Assembly (NCBI GenBank): GCA_963514005.1
Contig: OY740809.1
Location: 22,692,001 to 22,756,000 of the forward strand
DNA from: Raja brachyura
Lineage: Eukaryota
Direction: 5' to 3'
DNA: 64,000 bases
In this document: positions 62,801 through 64,000 of the stretch, piece after piece
Layout of the letters: every line of letters begins with the position of its first letter
Position numbering within the stretch: position 1 is the stretch's first letter
Notes under the pieces: generated by a model
What the model was told of the DNA's origin: nothing
Databases searched by the model: none
Seen by the model: the letters and a program-made list of their open reading frames with translations, nothing else
Position numbers and translations under genes: made by a program

Positions 62801-64000
62801 AAGCTTACTTTCCTCTGCCACCCAGCAATACACAACATGCAACACTGAATCACTAAAATATTTTAAAAGGTATTGGTTGAGCATTTATCTCAGCAGAAGC
62901 CAATTGATAACAGTCTTCCATTCACAAAAATATAAATCCACTATCACCCTTTATTCGTGGCGAATCAATTTTCGATCTAATTCGCCAACACTGACAGATC
63001 CCTGAAGCTTTTATATGTTGACTAGTTCTTTATAAATGGGATCTCAAAAACCTTGTTAAAATCTGCATACCAATTAAATACATAGGCCTCATCATCCATC
63101 CCTGCTCAAAAAGTTGAATCAGTACTGAATACCGTTCCGGTAACCTGCTATAAGAAATATGTAATTAAACTGAAAAGGATGGAAAATACAGTTAGAGAAT
63201 ATTATCAATTCTGAGAAGGTTGAGCTACAAGGACAGCTCAAGTCCTCCTCCACTCTCCCCCCACCCCCCAAAGGCATAAGAGGCTGGCCTTGTAAAGGTC
63301 ATAAGAGTGGCCTTGTAGAGGCATATAAAATCATGAATGGCATAGATAAAGATGAGCAGTCACAGCCTTTTCCCCCAGAAAAGCATGAACTAAAACTAGT
63401 GGGCATAGATTTAAGTTGAAAGGGGAAAGATTAAACAGAGATCTGTCAGGAAGGGACTTTTTTTTTTTTTTTAATGTGAAACCAGTGCCTCTGCATCCTG
63501 GTTAGTGTCAAGGTACTACAATTTCCCCCGCTATTACTTCACAGATCTGTACATACAGTGGCGCAGCTGGTAGAGCTGTTGTCTCAAAGTGCCAGGGACC
63601 TGGGTTCAATGCCGATATCAGATGCTGTCTGTGTGCAGTTTCCACGTTCTCCCCGTGGCTGCGTTGGTTTCCACTGGGTGTTCTGGTTACCTCCCACAGC
63701 CCAAAAAGATGTTCAGGTTTGTAGGTGAATTGGCCTCTGTAAATTGCCCCTTGTGTGGGGATCAAATGCTAAAGAGGGATATCAGAACTAGTGTAAAAGG
63801 GTGATTGATAGTGGTATGGTGGGCTGAAGGACCTGTTTTTATGCTGTATTTCTAAACTAGAAAATGGAGGCAAAAGATACAAATTTAAAAATGCAGTAAA
63901 TTCATATGAGAAACTGTTTTCCACACCTCACCTGTTTAATATAGTCAATGATCGCTCCAAAGGCCTCCACCATTATTGCAATTAATTGTCTACTTTCAGC
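50415..64000 (-). CDS. NCDN: Neurochondrin, 3' part (last five coding exons; 5' part lies outside the window)
   Basis: Motifs FASIRVLGAWLAEET..L..EVC..LPFL, DALRFLLPGFCHL.VED.PR.ILI, CGIFLNLVVT.P, LAANF.TLGL, ELWFLGMQAF..C.PLLPWL match neurochondrin; splice phases consistent. Confidence 0.94.
51165..51790 (+). mobile_element. Fragmented CR1 LINE with an inserted Rex1/L2 tail
   Basis: AFIKVLHGRLVWKV..HGIQGE, KQRVLAE; 3' end agagagtggtg..tggaacgagctgccggaggagg. Confidence 0.65.
52819..52961 (-). CDS. NCDN: NCDN exon (QEECFLTLLNLLMKSLPSLL...LAANFTTLGLMMSRILAGTP)
   Basis: Translated by hand; gcag acceptor, G|gtac donor; phase 2 to 1. Confidence 0.92.
53370..53520 (+). mobile_element. RTE-clade LINE 3' fragment
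   Basis: FTCGSCGRVCLSKIGLASHRREC*: C-terminal Cys/His motif typical of RTE ORFs, followed by gatggacggatg 3' end. Confidence 0.7.
53940..54255 (+). mobile_element. Diverged V-SINE-like SINE
   Basis: gtggagtttacatt...gttcct..tgctctggtttcctc..atcccaaa core. Confidence 0.55.
54500..54855 (-). mobile_element. Rex1-like LINE fragment
   Basis: FYRCTIESIQLGCITAWFGNCSAQNCTKLQRVV (Rex1/L2 C-terminal region). Confidence 0.75.
55366..55590 (-). CDS. NCDN: NCDN exon (FLLPGFCHLSVEDAPRRILI...LNLVVTDPALIR)
   Basis: acag acceptor, AG|gtatt donor; ORF 55347..55586. Confidence 0.93.
55931..56290 (-). mobile_element. Penelope-like 3' end (GIY-YIG C-terminus) with an adjoining inverted hammerhead-bearing repeat (55931-56025, + strand)
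   Basis: Minus strand: [58 protein letters not shown]. Plus strand: agtCTGAAGAagggtctcaacccGAAGtgtcact. Confidence 0.78.
56865..56995 (-). mobile_element. Penelope-type terminal repeat with degenerate hammerhead
   Basis: Minus: cagtCTGAAGAagggtttcagcccGAAAcgcc...ccatagatgctg. Confidence 0.65.
57333..59953 (+). mobile_element. CR1-clade LINE (HER1-like), 5'-truncated, young; antisense in an NCDN intron
   Basis: ORF2 fragment, then CR1 3'UTR (gatcagccatgatc...ggcctactcctgcacct) and a (TTCTATG)-type tail. Confidence 0.93.
57348..59849 (+). CDS. CR1 ORF2 fragment: C-terminal part of APE endonuclease plus reverse transcriptase (833 codons, uninterrupted)
   Basis: VYRPP, GDFN, ILDWVL, SDHN (APE); [34 protein letters not shown] (RT); [18 protein letters not shown] (CR1 C-terminus). 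No native start. Confidence 0.92.
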   Translation: MGAVYRPPNSSIGVGDGIKQEIRNACNKGNTVIMGDFNLHVDWVNQIGRGAEEEDFLECMRDSFLNQHVEEPTREQAILDWVLSNEEGLVSSLVVRGPLGKSDHNMVEFFIRMESDKIKSETRVLNLNKGNFEGMRCELAKIDWQVILNGLTVDVQWKVFKACMDEVQKLFIPVWQKNKSGKVVHPWITREIRDSIKTKDEAYKFARKSSLPEDWEKFRIQQRRTKGLIRKGKIDYERKLAGNIKTDCKSFYRYVKRKRLVKTNVGPLQSETGELIMGNKDMADQLNNYFGSVFTKEDINNLPEIAVERGSNKMEELSEIQVSREVVLGKLNGLKADKSPGPDSLHPRVLKEVATEIVDALVIIFQNSLDSGVVPEDWRVANVTPLFKKGGREKAGNYRQFSLTSVVGKLLESVIKDGIAAHLESGEIIGQSQHGFTKGKSCLTNLIEFFEDVTSRVDKGEPVDVLYLDFQKAFDKVPHKRLAYKLKAHGIGGSVLMWIENWLADRRQRVGVNGSFSEWQAVTSGVPQGSVLGPQLFTIYINDLDEGIQCNISKFADDTKLGGIVRCEEDAWRLQGDLDRLSEWADAWQMQYNVDKCEVIHFGGKNMRVDYYLNGGRLGKGEMQRDLGVMVHQSLKVGMQVQQAVKKANGMLAFIAKGFEYRSREVLLQLYRVLVRPHLEYCVQFWSPNLRKDILAIEGVQRRFTRLIPGMSGLSYEERLDRLGLYSLEFRRLRGDLIETYKILKGLDKLDAGRLFPMLGESRTRGHSLRIRGNSFRTEMRKTFFTQRVVSLWNSLPQKVVEASLLAIFKRALDVALVAKGIRGYGEKAGTGY
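60399..60562. repeat. Inverted pair of Penelope-type terminal repeats
   Basis: acaaaatgctggagtaagtcagcgg... vs ...ccgctgagttactccagcattttgt. Confidence 0.7.
60798..61039 (-). CDS. NCDN: NCDN exon (VKEEQLRDPFLFASIRVLGAWLAEET...DALR)
   Basis: gcag acceptor, AG|gtaag donor; ORF 60794..61039. Confidence 0.93.
63555..63860 (+). mobile_element. HE1/V-SINE-like SINE
   Basis: A-box tggcgcagctgg, B-box ggttcaatgcc, V-domain ttctccccgtggctgcgttggttt, CR1-like tail. Confidence 0.78.
63932..64000 (-). CDS. NCDN: NCDN exon, partial (AESRQLIAIMVEAFGAIIDYIKQ)
   Basis: Open frame to the window edge; CAG|gtgag donor. Confidence 0.85.

Overview
Vertebrate nuclear DNA, most likely from a cartilaginous fish (skate/ray), inferred from abundant HE1/V-SINE-like SINEs, HER1/CR1-like LINEs and Penelope-type repeats. 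The minus strand carries a complete Claspin gene (CLSPN). I assembled it by hand as 26 phase-consistent coding exons from ATG 46158 to TAA 8021 (4062 nt, about 1353 aa), with a CpG-island promoter at about 45.9-46.6 kb. Directly upstream in tandem are the last five coding exons of neurochondrin (NCDN, 64000 to stop 50415). Introns are full of retroelements and DNA transposons: a young 5'-truncated CR1 LINE with an unbroken 833-codon ORF2, CR1/Rex1/RTE/Penelope/Gypsy/Tc1 fossils, a hAT MITE and two unclassified TIR elements. The most notable signal is a dispersed Penelope-derived terminal repeat carrying a minimal hammerhead-ribozyme core (CUGAAGA-A-stem II-GAAAC-GUH, about 8 core-spanning copies); the sequence links it directly to a GIY-YIG ORF end. 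Other notable points: a shortened beta-TrCP degron and a degenerate third Chk1-binding repeat in Claspin, a GC-AG intron, an extra intron relative to human, a duplicated GC/CCAAT/CArG promoter module, and an 874-bp foldback element next to the promoter. Homology calls rest on recalled motifs, not database searches. Repeat boundaries are approximate unless target-site duplications are given.
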